DNA of 30,038 nucleotides from a virus (IMGVR_UViG_3300040811_002370:1-30038), one strand, 5' to 3'. Positions 10,697 to 18,801 are shown, counted from the first letter of the stretch. Notes: a model not told the origin generated them from the letters alone. Numbers and translations are program-made.

Positions 10697-11467
10697 TTAC
10701 AACACACGCATTTTTTCATGTCCAACACGAACACGAGGATCACACCAAATTTCAAAACCTGCTTCTTTTGCATCTAAACAGAAAGAAACATCTTCTCCAC
10801 ACATGTCTTGCACAGCACCAGATTCAAAGACTTGCATCTTAGGAGCAAACCAGGGATACTCTAGATTTTCAAATACTCCATTTTTGATAAGAACCCAACC
10901 AAATCCAGTATAATCAACTGTAAATGGTTTACGACGCTTGCTGATACTTTCCACTGTCTCATGATTCATAACTCCACCATTCTGACGGAATTCTTCTTCT
11001 TCGAGCCAATGCGCAACAGAAGTAGTACGACCATCTTCTGTGCAATACCAACCAGCAACAACTTCTTTCTCTTCGCCTTCTTCGTTCAGTGCTAGATCAC
11101 AAAGTTGCCAGAATTTCTCTGAGTTGAAAACAATATCACTATCAATCCATAATTGATAATCATAATTCAACTTTCCATCCCAGGGAATCTGCTTTGGACC
11201 TCGAAGAACATTTGCACCGAGACATTTGCATCGTGCAAAGTTAACCATTGATGAGTAGTCTTGTGAAATCTGAATACTCATTCCATTTTGCACAAGATCA
11301 AAACACAGTTGTACAAATGATTTTAGGAAAGTAAAAGAACATCCTCGTCCTGGTAGACAGAAGACAATACTCTTACCTCTCATTCGTTCTTTGATTTTTT
11401 CATAGTCCCATTCTTCTGCTTTTTCTTTGATGGGAGCATTTGCTTTTACGGTAAAGCCTTTGGCCAT
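10697..11467 (-). CDS. Glycosyltransferase family 2-like protein
   Basis: LWIDSDI (DxD), TGFGWVLI, GEDVSFC and VGHEK motifs. Late promoter-like CTAAATAG at 11521-11528. Confidence 0.8.
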   Translation of the reverse strand: MAKGFTVKANAPIKEKAEEWDYEKIKERMRGKSIVFCLPGRGCSFTFLKSFVQLCFDLVQNGMSIQISQDYSSMVNFARCKCLGANVLRGPKQIPWDGKLNYDYQLWIDSDIVFNSEKFWQLCDLALNEEGEEKEVVAGWYCTEDGRTTSVAHWLEEEEFRQNGGVMNHETVESISKRRKPFTVDYTGFGWVLIKNGVFENLEYPWFAPKMQVFESGAVQDMCGEDVSFCLDAKEAGFEIWCDPRVRVGHEKMRVL

Positions 11468-11534
11468 AACTTATTTCTCCAATGTGTAATAAAAATAAAC
11501 TGCAATTCAATTGTAGCGTCCTATTTAGCTTTTG

Positions 11535-11732
11535 TCAATACGAGGAGTTCAGTGCCAAATCCTTTATGAGAGTGACCTCCTCATATTGAATATCCTCGTA
11601 ATTAAGATCTGTGAGCCATGTGAGTTTCTCTACAAAATCCCATAATTTATCGAATTCTTCTTGTGATAGTGAATGGTATATGCATTCATTCTTAACATAA
11701 ATGTGATAGATTTTATCCATGAGGTAGTTCAT
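11535..11732 (-). CDS. Hypothetical protein
   Basis: 65 aa, KIYHIY..NECIYHSL..EEF pattern, overlap with upstream ORF stop. Confidence 0.7.
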   Translation of the reverse strand: MNYLMDKIYHIYVKNECIYHSLSQEEFDKLWDFVEKLTWLTDLNYEDIQYEEVTLIKDLALNSSY

Positions 11733-11929
11733 CTTGACGCATTATATATCATGACCAAGATGAATCCAATGGGGATTCCAATCAGTTTTGCAAATGTTTT
11801 GGGATATCGAATCAACCAACCAGCAAACACAACCTTCCAAAAATTCCAATAAGGTGTTCGAGGTTTTGGGCGATTTTTTTGGCGGCGGATTTTTTTGTAG
11901 GAAAGTGTTTTTGTGTTTGGTTTTTGCAT
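11729..11929 (-). CDS. Small membrane protein
   Basis: PYWNFWKVVFAGWLIRYP plus hydrophobic C-terminus. Start uncertain. Confidence 0.6.
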   Translation of the reverse strand: MQKPNTKTLSYKKIRRQKNRPKPRTPYWNFWKVVFAGWLIRYPKTFAKLIGIPIGFILVMIYNASR

Positions 11930-12216
11930 GGGGGTTGGGGGCGATTTTTTATGGGCGGCGAATTTTTTTCTTATGGGGTATTTTTGTTTTTTTATGCGTT
12001 AAGGTTTTATGGTGGTTTTTATGTGGCGCGAATTTTTTTTTGTTCTTATGCGTTTGATATTCTTATGGCATGTACCTAATTTTGTAGCCTTATGGTACCT
12101 AACTTTTTTTAACGCATGGCCTCAGGATACCCCATCCTGGACGGTTTGGGGACTGTCCCTGTGCCACTTTGGTGGCTGTCACTTTATACCTTTATACGCT
12201 TTTATACTGTCAACAA

Positions 12217-12251
12217 TACCAGCGCACAGTTGTTTATACTGTGCGCTGGTA
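12217..12251. terminator. 14-bp perfect hairpin after the 12261 ORF
   Basis: TACCAGCGCACAGT-tgtttat-ACTGTGCGCTGGTA. Confidence 0.55.
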
Positions 12252-12260
12252 AATTATACG

Positions 12261-12584
12261 CTACCAGTTTACCTTAACCCACCCATTTTGTCGGCAATAA
12301 AATACACTAAACCCATGAGAATTCCAATCCCATGAGAACCAAACCACCTCAAGATCATCCCAATCCTGTTGACAATCGAAGCCAATCTCCACTGGCCCCA
12401 ACCTACCAAACCAGCGCCAGGATTGCCACGCCTGACAGAACCTAACTGCCTGTGCAGTTAAAGTAAACAATTCTTTCACGATTGCCACTGTGAAACAGAA
12501 CACTATCTCACACAGTTCTAGATAGATTCCAACCCAATCCTTAACGGTGGGAGTGTAAACAATGGTGCCGCGAGTGCTGATCAT
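12261..12584 (-). CDS. Hypothetical protein
   Basis: 107 aa, Trp-rich, preceded by a pseudoknot-like element. Confidence 0.6.
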   Translation of the reverse strand: MISTRGTIVYTPTVKDWVGIYLELCEIVFCFTVAIVKELFTLTAQAVRFCQAWQSWRWFGRLGPVEIGFDCQQDWDDLEVVWFSWDWNSHGFSVFYCRQNGWVKVNW

Positions 12585-12649
12585 GATGAAACAAATGCGA
12601 TGGGATTGTGGGGCAGTTTTATGTCATACCCCAGGACAGTTAGCTACAC

Positions 12650-13342
12650 TTAGAGGCCGAACTTTTCACGGCAGATGGGGCCAATCCCCAGCTCAATTGA
12701 CTCTCTATTTGTAAGCTCCCTGCCGCAGCAGGAGCAGCTTCCGGTTTCACGACCGTATCGAACTGCCGCGCTGAGAGGATCAGCGGATGCTGAAACTAGC
12801 GTCTCTTTGACACTATCAGGGATCCGGGAATCCATCCGGGAAGGTGTAACCTTGCCCAAATACTTGGGCTGCAGACCATAATCACCTTCCACCTTTTCAG
12901 TGGCAGACAATACCCAAATAGCGTCGCCTGATTTGTTTAGTTTCAGGATTGCGTCGCTAAAACGCATCGTAAGGCGGCGTGCACCTTTAGCGCGTGCAGC
13001 CATGAAAGGTGCAAATAGGCCAGCAAATTGCGGCTCCTCGCTATCATCCTGCTGCTGCGATTCCTGCTGCAGCAGATCAGTGGCAAGCTTGTGTGCCCAA
13101 GCCAGCTGACGCTCGCTCAGCTGGCGATCGCGAGACTGCTGATACAGCGACCGCGCAAAGCTGCCACGGCAGTACTGCAGGAGGTCCTGCGCGGCATCAT
13201 CGCTCAAACGCGACTGGAAGCTGATCAGCTCGCCGCGAGCGGTCACAGCCATCTCCTGAGGCTCGCGCAGGGAAGCGTGGGCTGCCGCGCGGGCGATGGC
13301 GGCGGTGGCGGTGGCGGTGGCGGTGGCGGTGGCGGTTTGCAT
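12650..13342 (-). CDS. Early protein with C-terminal CxxC/GIGPIC zinc-binding domain (DUF6011-like)
   Basis: YGRETGSCSCCGRELTNRESIELGIGPIC. GC-rich. N-terminal Thr-Ala repeat. Confidence 0.75.
   Translation of the reverse strand: MQTATATATATATAAIARAAAHASLREPQEMAVTARGELISFQSRLSDDAAQDLLQYCRGSFARSLYQQSRDRQLSERQLAWAHKLATDLLQQESQQQDDSEEPQFAGLFAPFMAARAKGARRLTMRFSDAILKLNKSGDAIWVLSATEKVEGDYGLQPKYLGKVTPSRMDSRIPDSVKETLVSASADPLSAAVRYGRETGSCSCCGRELTNRESIELGIGPICREKFGL
13301..13336 (+). repeat. (GGCGGT)6 microsatellite encoding (Thr-Ala)6
   Basis: Six perfect hexamers. Confidence 0.95.
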
Positions 13343-13441
13343 GGGAGGAATCCCTGACGACTCCCATAGTGTAGCGACTGGCCAGCCGCACCGCGAGCCA
13401 GCGTCAGGATCTCGTTACATTCATTTATAATTTTATTTTAT

Positions 13442-13486
13442 GGCAGGGTAAGCGTGGCTTACTTGTCGTCACTGGGCTTCGGACCC
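13442..13486 (-). ncRNA. 45-nt repeat element, copy 0 (inverted)
   Basis: GGGT-CCGAA-GCCC-AGT-GACGA-CAA-GTAAGCCAC-GCTTA-CCCTGCC on minus, with upstream TGG-TAGGAT -10. Confidence 0.6.
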
Positions 13487-13555
13487 TCTGCCGGTTTCAC
13501 CTATCCTACCATGCCAAGGGCGACAGCTGTGGCCGCCCTTGGCATAAAACTTTAA

Positions 13556-13717
13556 CTATTCTTTTTCTGCAAAAGTTTCAACCCTTGCATCATAAGATCC
13601 TAACTCATTATAAAAAGCGATCATACGCTTAGCTTCGCTTATTGTCTTGAATTCTTGGCACTTTCTCTCACCATTGAAGCGAGGATAGGGAGCATTGAAT
13701 GAGATGCGGATTGTCAT
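13556..13717 (-). CDS. Hypothetical protein (53 aa)
   Basis: Start reassigned to MTIRISFNAPY, just after the upstream stop. Confidence 0.7.
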   Translation of the reverse strand: MTIRISFNAPYPRFNGERKCQEFKTISEAKRMIAFYNELGSYDARVETFAEKE

Positions 13718-13725
13718 GATTAACC

Positions 13726-13926
13726 TCAGGCGGATTGCAGGTAGTTTGAGATAGCTTGCAGCATTTGCATTGCTATTCTCAGATCCAAAAGTTCCAGCGG
13801 ATCTGTGCACTGATCTGAGAGAATCTCAAGGTATTCTAGATCAATGGCGATAGATTCCAGCTGATCGCCTACACCTATTCCCAAAACAGGTTGGTGATAG
13901 TCAATGACAGTTTGTGCCCTTTTCAT
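13726..13926 (-). CDS. Hypothetical protein
   Basis: 66 aa, preceded by a pseudoknot-like element. Confidence 0.65.
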   Translation of the reverse strand: MKRAQTVIDYHQPVLGIGVGDQLESIAIDLEYLEILSDQCTDPLELLDLRIAMQMLQAISNYLQSA

Positions 13927-13988
13927 GAGAATCTAAAGCGATGAGATTGTGTGGGGGCTTTATACTCTGCCCCCTGAGAGTTTAGAGG

Positions 13989-14336
13989 TTAGGAGAAGAT
14001 GAAACCTTCCTCGAATTCATGCTCATTATAGACAGGAGTTGTGCCAATCTGCCCAATGTATTTGTGCACAAACCACTTAAAGTTGCGCTGGTAGATACAC
14101 TCTCCTGTGATGCCATTCTCTGCCAGGATTGCATTTAGGCGGCTTTTTGTGGTGTTTGTTTTGTATCCACAGCTATAAACCTCCACATAATTCTCGCCAA
14201 TGGTGGCGATGTGGTTGCCGTGCAGCATCACATAGGATGCCTCCCTTTCAGGAGAATAGATCACCTTAGTGTTGCCGGATTGCCAATCCTTACGATTAAG
14301 GATCGCGTCATTCATGGCAGCTTCGATCTTACGCAT
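13989..14336 (-). CDS. Conserved cyanophage-type early hypothetical protein
   Basis: MRKIE..M..AI, LHGNHIA and TTKSRLNAIL motifs. Confidence 0.8.
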   Translation of the reverse strand: MRKIEAAMNDAILNRKDWQSGNTKVIYSPEREASYVMLHGNHIATIGENYVEVYSCGYKTNTTKSRLNAILAENGITGECIYQRNFKWFVHKYIGQIGTTPVYNEHEFEEGFIFS

Positions 14337-14483
14337 TGGAGGGATTGCGTTTGCTCCGCTAACCTACAGCCGCTGCAGCAGCCGGAACCACCGTCTTGTG
14401 CCACTTGCCAAGCTGACCCAATTTGGCCAGAATCCGCCCCATTGGCCAGCCGATGCTGTAGAATAAGAGCAACAACAAGGGGA

Positions 14484-14528
14484 GGCTCCGAAGGCCGATG
14501 ACGACAAGTAAGCCACGCTAACCCTGCC
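14484..14528 (+). ncRNA. 45-nt repeat element, copy 1
   Basis: GGCT-CCGAA-GGCC-GAT-GACGA-CAA-GTAAGCCAC-GCTAA-CCCTGCC. -10 TAGAAT at 14459. Confidence 0.65.
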
Positions 14529-14552
14529 ATAAAATAATTAAGTAATTAAAAT

Positions 14553-14584
14553 AAAAAAAAGTTCACAATAAGAATTGTGAACTT
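14553..14584 (-). terminator. Intrinsic terminator
   Basis: GTTCACAAT-aaga-ATTGTGAAC stem with T8 tail on minus. Confidence 0.75.
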
Positions 14585-14601
14585 CTTAAGTGTAAAGAAT
14601 G

Positions 14602-14910
14602 TCAGCAAGTATAGGTGCCGACAATTACACTCTGGCAGGAATCTACGATCTTGACAAGTAGTCCAGCACTAGCGTACCAACTGTGCATCCCCTGCCAACC
14701 TTTCACCAGTAGATCACCAGAATGGATTCGAGTAAAGTCTGAAAGACAATAGGTTTGCCCTTTATAGTTGAAGAACATTGCGCAGTCGAACTCCTCATCA
14801 CTAAGGTAGTCGTACTCCTCGCGCAGTTCTTTATAGTTTGCGGTCGGCAGCTCGAAAGCTGAGATGAGATCGCGCGGCTGGTTGTTGGTGGTGATCTGAA
14901 GGGTGGACAT
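14602..14910 (-). CDS. Hypothetical early protein
   Basis: Start reassigned to MSTLQITTNNQPR, just downstream of the module promoter. Confidence 0.75.
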   Translation of the reverse strand: MSTLQITTNNQPRDLISAFELPTANYKELREEYDYLSDEEFDCAMFFNYKGQTYCLSDFTRIHSGDLLVKGWQGMHSWYASAGLLVKIVDSCQSVIVGTYTC

Positions 14911-15102
14911 CGGATCGGTTCCGAACGACCCCCATACAGTAACCCAATGGAATCGGTAGGTCAAGCATCCAACGGCATCCGACCCATAATTATACGAAAT
15001 ACGAAAAAGTTAAACGATAAAAAATACTTATTGAAAAATTCCTGTGGGAGCCCACCATACCGGCATCCAGCGTGGTAGACTATTCTCACAAGCAAAGAGG
15101 GA

Positions 15103-15147
15103 GGCTCCGAAGGCCGATGACGAAAGGTAAGCCACGCTAACCCTGCC
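15103..15147 (+). ncRNA. 45-nt repeat element, copy 2
   Basis: Matches consensus. TGG-TAGACT extended -10 at 15073-15081. Confidence 0.65.
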
Positions 15148-15171
15148 ATAAAATAATTGAATAATAAGAAT

Positions 15172-15194
15172 AAAAAAGGATCCGAAGATCCTTT
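15172..15194 (-). terminator. Intrinsic terminator
   Basis: AAAGGATC-cgaa-GATCCTTT with T tail on minus (UUCG loop). Confidence 0.75.
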
Positions 15195-15202
15195 GTAATT
15201 TT

Positions 15203-15385
15203 TTATGAAAATTGATTCATTACATCTTTTTCCATAAGATACAAAGATTCTTGATTCCAACGATCAATAATCATGTTTCCTTGGGAATCAAACAACTCAA
15301 AGAACCAGTAATAATAAAGATGCTTATTTGTTTGTGAAAGGTTATAGAAAGCGAGTGAAATGTTGTCCAAAAGCTCTTTGTTCAT
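15203..15385 (-). CDS. Hypothetical early protein
   Basis: Start reassigned to MNKELLD, after the TACTCT -10 and GGGAGTCG leader. Confidence 0.7.
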   Translation of the reverse strand: MNKELLDNISLAFYNLSQTNKHLYYYWFFELFDSQGNMIIDRWNQESLYLMEKDVMNQFS

Positions 15386-15536
15386 GGGTGAAATCCCTTT
15401 CGACTCCCATAGAGTAGCAGTCACCAATGCCTTCTGTCTATGGGGTCTTGTGCCAGTGGTGGAACTGGTTTTTTCTGGCCTGAATCGGTCGCAATGGGAT
15501 GCTGGTGTGGTAGACTATAGGGACAAGAGAAGAGGA

Positions 15537-15581
15537 GGCCACGAAGGCTGATGACGATAAGTAAGCCACGCTAATCCTGCC
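15537..15581 (+). ncRNA. 45-nt repeat element, copy 3
   Basis: GGCC-ACGAA-GGCT stem variant. TGG-TAGACT -10 at 15508-15516. Confidence 0.65.
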
Positions 15582-15693
15582 ATAAAATACCAAAGAAAAA
15601 AACGAAAAACGAAATTAAAAAAACGAAAAATTATAATTTTATGAAAAATGTAGAGGAGCCTGTGATACCTTTGCACAGGCTCCTTATACTACA

Positions 15694-15912
15694 TCAGAGG
15701 CTGAACATCTCCAAGAACAGATCACCTAGCGGTTGCTGCTTAGGTTCTGGCAGCACGGAAGCGTAGCAGACGCCAACAGCACGAGCGTGTTCCCAGATCT
15801 CAATAGTGCCAACACCGATGACGGTGCCATCCTTTGAGATCTCGTTGGTAACGGTGCGGTAGGGAGTGCCTTTGACCCACTTGCGAGTCGGATCAGGGAT
15901 AATGGCGGCCAT
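15694..15912 (-). CDS. Hypothetical early protein
   Basis: Start reassigned to MAAIIPDP. TATAAT -10 on minus near 15938-15943. Confidence 0.65.
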   Translation of the reverse strand: MAAIIPDPTRKWVKGTPYRTVTNEISKDGTVIGVGTIEIWEHARAVGVCYASVLPEPKQQPLGDLFLEMFSL

Positions 15913-16096
15913 GGGGGTGTCTTGCGTTGACTCTGTAATTATAGCGCCTTCCTGGGGCTTCTGGGAGGCTTCTGGTGAGGTTTCCGTCCGGTTCTGCGAT
16001 TGGCACAAGACCTTGGAAGAATACGAAAAAACGAAAAAAAGATCCAGAGAATACAAAAAATCTCTGGATCTTATGGGAGCCTGTGATACTGACAAA

Positions 16097-16234
16097 CTAG
16101 CGTAAGATCCTATGCCTTACATCAACGAAAGGTTGGATTTCATAAGACTTAAAGAACCAAATGTGTCCATTGGTATCTTTGAAAGTCCAGTACAGTTCTT
16201 TGGTTCTTATGTCAAATGTCTGCACAATCTCCAT
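16097..16234 (-). CDS. Small hypothetical protein (45 aa)
   Basis: Hand translation MEIVQTFDIRTKELYWTFKDTNGHIWFFKSYEIQPFVDVRHRILR. TGATG overlap with upstream ORF. Confidence 0.55.
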   Translation of the reverse strand: MEIVQTFDIRTKELYWTFKDTNGHIWFFKSYEIQPFVDVRHRILR

Positions 16235-16362
16235 CAACAAGACTCCGTAACTTTACAGATGAGTTCTGCTGCTTTTATGTCAGCAGATTTGGCGGATTTA
16301 ATGCTTGCTACTACACTATTGCCAAAGATGACAATGGCGAACATAAGGACAAAGATTCTCAT
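16234..16362 (-). CDS. Small membrane or secreted protein (42 aa)
   Basis: Hand translation MRIFVLMFAIVIFGNSVVASIKSAKSADIKAAELICKVTESC. Follows a pseudoknot-like element. Confidence 0.6.
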   Translation of the reverse strand: MRIFVLMFAIVIFGNSVVASIKSAKSADIKAAELICKVTESC

Positions 16363-16419
16363 GATAAAAGAAAGCAAGTTGGTTAGGGTAGTTTTATGAC
16401 ATACCCTAGGTCTTGTTAA

Positions 16420-16902
16420 TCAGAACAGACCTTCAGCAACAAGACGATCATAAAGAACAGCAGCTAATGCACCACAATGGGGGCAAGCTTTTGCGTATTT
16501 GATCTCAGATTTGAGGCTGTATTGTTGAGGAGAATTGTGATGCTTGCTATAGATGAACTTATAACGATGGACAGCAGAAACAAGCTTAAGCAGTTGGCGC
16601 TTGTCCAGATCTTCTCCAGCCATCTTATAGATGGGGATGAAGAATCGGTAGTCTTTAATCGCATTGCAGCGATTCAGGCGATCAACAATAGCCTTGGCAC
16701 CAGCACCACCGAAGTAAGGTGTCAGCTCTACCATCAGGAACGCCGAGAAAGGCGCGAGAGAAGCCTTGCCGGTGGTGCTAGGCTGTACGGTCACAGATGC
16801 AGCCTGAAGCTGCTGCAGAGCTTCCTGGAGAGTGCTGAGGCTATCTGCCATCGTGGCCAGCTGGCTGGTGATGGACTGAAGCTCGGTCTGGAAAGGTTGC
16901 AT
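16420..16902 (-). CDS. Hypothetical early protein, N-terminal coiled coil and CPHCG motif
   Basis: Start reassigned to MQPFQTEL, downstream of the TATCTT -10. Confidence 0.7.
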   Translation of the reverse strand: MQPFQTELQSITSQLATMADSLSTLQEALQQLQAASVTVQPSTTGKASLAPFSAFLMVELTPYFGGAGAKAIVDRLNRCNAIKDYRFFIPIYKMAGEDLDKRQLLKLVSAVHRYKFIYSKHHNSPQQYSLKSEIKYAKACPHCGALAAVLYDRLVAEGLF

Positions 16903-17041
16903 GGGGCGTGATTGCCTCGACTCCTTAAAGATACCAGCCACGATCGGCAGCGGTCTATCGGTCTTGTGCCGGTTCTGGAACTGGTTGCCGCGGCCACAGC
17001 TGGGTCTGATGGCTGCTAGAATTATGACAACAACCAGGGGA

Positions 17042-17086
17042 GGCTAAGAAGGCCGATGACGAACAGTAAGCCACAGTCACCCTGCC
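17042..17086 (+). ncRNA. 45-nt repeat element, copy 4
   Basis: GGCT-AAGAA-GGCC variant. TGC-TAGAAT -10 at 17014-17022. Confidence 0.65.
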
Positions 17087-17110
17087 ATGAAATAATAAGA
17101 AGAAAATAAT

Positions 17111-17133
17111 AAAAAAAGGGCGAAGATCGCCCT
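17111..17133 (-). terminator. Intrinsic terminator
   Basis: AGGGCGA-aga-TCGCCCT with T7 tail on minus. Confidence 0.75.
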
Positions 17134-17142
17134 CTAAATGTA

Positions 17143-17628
17143 TCAAATGTTGCGGAAGAAGTAGTTGTCTTCCTCCCAGTAATCGTACCGCAATGCACTA
17201 TCCCAGGTTGCCTGATAATCTATAACAATCCAGCTCGGCAGGTTATGATCTCCGAACTGAGCGATCATCTCCTCGGTAAAGTCTGCTTCCGAATCGAATT
17301 CGCCTTCATAAGCTTCCTCGAAATCATCGAAGTTGCCGATGTTTTCATAATAAATCTCCACAGCTTTCTGCGGATAATTCTCACAAAGTTCCTGGAACTT
17401 CTCCTCTTCTTCCTCACTATCGAAATCCAGATCAGTCTCTACATCTTCCCATTCTGCTTTTGGCAATCCATTGGGATACTTTGCTGCCAGAAGATTCTCA
17501 TAGAAAGCAACATAAGCAGCCTTGCCATCTTCCTTGATGTAACCACAAGCAAGCACGATGGCCGTCTTGGTGGCGTTGCTCTTGGTGAGCTTGTCAACAG
17601 TAGCGAGGAGTTCGGTTCCGGTGAGCAT
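17143..17628 (-). CDS. Fusion of cyanobacterial AbrB-like N-terminal domain and ArdA-like acidic anti-restriction domain
   Basis: MLTGTELLATV...KTAIVLACGY....G....AFYENLLAAK resembles the cyAbrB N-terminus. FEEAYEGEFDSEADF.EE...LPSWIVIDYQATW...YFFR resembles the ArdA C-terminus. Confidence 0.7.
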   Translation of the reverse strand: MLTGTELLATVDKLTKSNATKTAIVLACGYIKEDGKAAYVAFYENLLAAKYPNGLPKAEWEDVETDLDFDSEEEEEKFQELCENYPQKAVEIYYENIGNFDDFEEAYEGEFDSEADFTEEMIAQFGDHNLPSWIVIDYQATWDSALRYDYWEEDNYFFRNI

Positions 17629-17779
17629 TGCTCTGTTCCGTTTGGGACTCACCCATAATGGGTCAGGATCGGCAGCAGGTACAGCCGCATTGTGCAGGTT
17701 GTGGAACTGGCTGGATCTGACCAGGATCCGCCACAATGGCCAGCTGATACGCTAGACTACTAGCAACAAGAGAAGAGGA

Positions 17780-17824
17780 GAGCACGAAGCTCGATGACGA
17801 ACAGTAAGCCACGCTAACCCTGCC
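17780..17824 (+). ncRNA. 45-nt repeat element, copy 5
   Basis: GAGC-ACGAA-GCTC compensatory stem. TAGACT -10 at 17753. Confidence 0.65.
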
Positions 17825-17848
17825 TTGAAATAATAAGGTATTAAGAAT

Positions 17849-17871
17849 AAAAAAGGATCATAAGATCCTTT
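17849..17871 (-). terminator. Intrinsic terminator
   Basis: AAAGGATC-ataa-GATCCTTT, same stem as at 15172. Confidence 0.7.
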
Positions 17872-17885
17872 GTATTTGTATTGAA

Positions 17886-18071
17886 TTACAATTCGATGAG
17901 GTCTGGATATTGTTCCTGCACCACAGCGATCAATTCTTCATCAGTATAATATGATGAATAAGTTTCTTCCAGATGATCACCCACAATTCTCATAAGATCT
18001 TTGGTGCTCATGTTTTTGACAATACGATCAACATAATCAGAGATGAGTTGGCTGCGGTTGAAGTCAGACAT
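17886..18071 (-). CDS. Small acidic early protein
   Basis: Start reassigned to MSDFNRSQLISDYVDRIV, after the TATCTT -10. Confidence 0.75.
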   Translation of the reverse strand: MSDFNRSQLISDYVDRIVKNMSTKDLMRIVGDHLEETYSSYYTDEELIAVVQEQYPDLIEL

Positions 18072-18216
18072 GGTGGGGTGGAATCCCTTTCGACTTCCAT
18101 AAGATACAGCGGATCTCAGAGCCACACAAGAGACCTTGTGCCACCAAAACCACTGGCACACCACTGCCCCCATAAGGTCGTTCTGGGTCTTGTAGTTGTA
18201 TCAACAACAGGGGAGA

Positions 18217-18261
18217 GGCTAAGAAGGCCGATGACGACAAGTAAGCCACAACAATCCTGCC
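18217..18261 (+). ncRNA. 45-nt repeat element, copy 6
   Basis: Matches consensus. Weaker -10 (TGTAGT) at about 18191. Confidence 0.6.
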
Positions 18262-18377
18262 ATAAAATACCAACAAAAAAAAAACGAAAAACGAAATTAA
18301 AAAAACGATTTTTTATATTTTTTATGAAAATCTACAGGAGCCAGTGATACCTTCTCACCAGCTCCTTATACTGTATC

Positions 18378-18695
18378 TTATGGACGCCAGACATCAGGGA
18401 AGACATCTTTAATGTAATTCTTCACATATTCTTGTTCTTCTGCTGTGTCCAGTTCTTCATAATAATCCCACCATGCCTCACTAATGAACCACATCTCATT
18501 AGGATCAAAACTACCCACACCATGCTGATAGTCACCATCACGCTCAATGTGCCATTCTCTCTCGAAGATAGAATCTTCTATTGAATGTGCAACTCCTATG
18601 TAAGATTTACGATCATAAGAATTATGGTTCACAAACTTCATGCACTGATCCACAAACTGTTGACCAAGTTCATCCAGGTGAGTGATGGTAGGCAT
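18378..18695 (-). CDS. Acidic hypothetical protein
   Basis: 105 aa ORF. Confidence 0.7.
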   Translation of the reverse strand: MPTITHLDELGQQFVDQCMKFVNHNSYDRKSYIGVAHSIEDSIFEREWHIERDGDYQHGVGSFDPNEMWFISEAWWDYYEELDTAEEQEYVKNYIKDVFPDVWRP

Positions 18696-18801
18696 GATCG
18701 AAAAAAACGAAAAACGGAATTAAAAAAACGAAAATTAACAAAAATTGTTAATTTCTGTGGGAGCCAGTGAAACCGGCTCACCAGCCCATCATACCACAGA
18801 C

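Noticed and set aside
14498-14521. Micropeptide MT(T/N/I/K)(S/G)KP(R/Q) encoded in the repeat
   Set aside because: ATG is present in 8 copies and GTG in 1, but absent in copies 9 and 10. The stop position varies. Synonymous positions are invariant while amino acids change, the opposite of coding selection. Ribosome profiling would settle it.
14521-14529. tRNA-like CCA end of the repeat
   Set aside because: Copies 5, 9 and 10 read CCT, and no acceptor stem or T-loop is present.
14312-15260. Minus-strand ORFs containing MAGLAWLT.RHRPSEP
   Set aside because: These are translations of the repeat's reverse complement. The ATG is lost in several copies and they cross promoters and terminators.
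15537-15581. Hammerhead ribozyme (CTGATGA)
   Set aside because: Only copy 3 has CUGAUGA. There is no conserved GAAA or three-stem junction.
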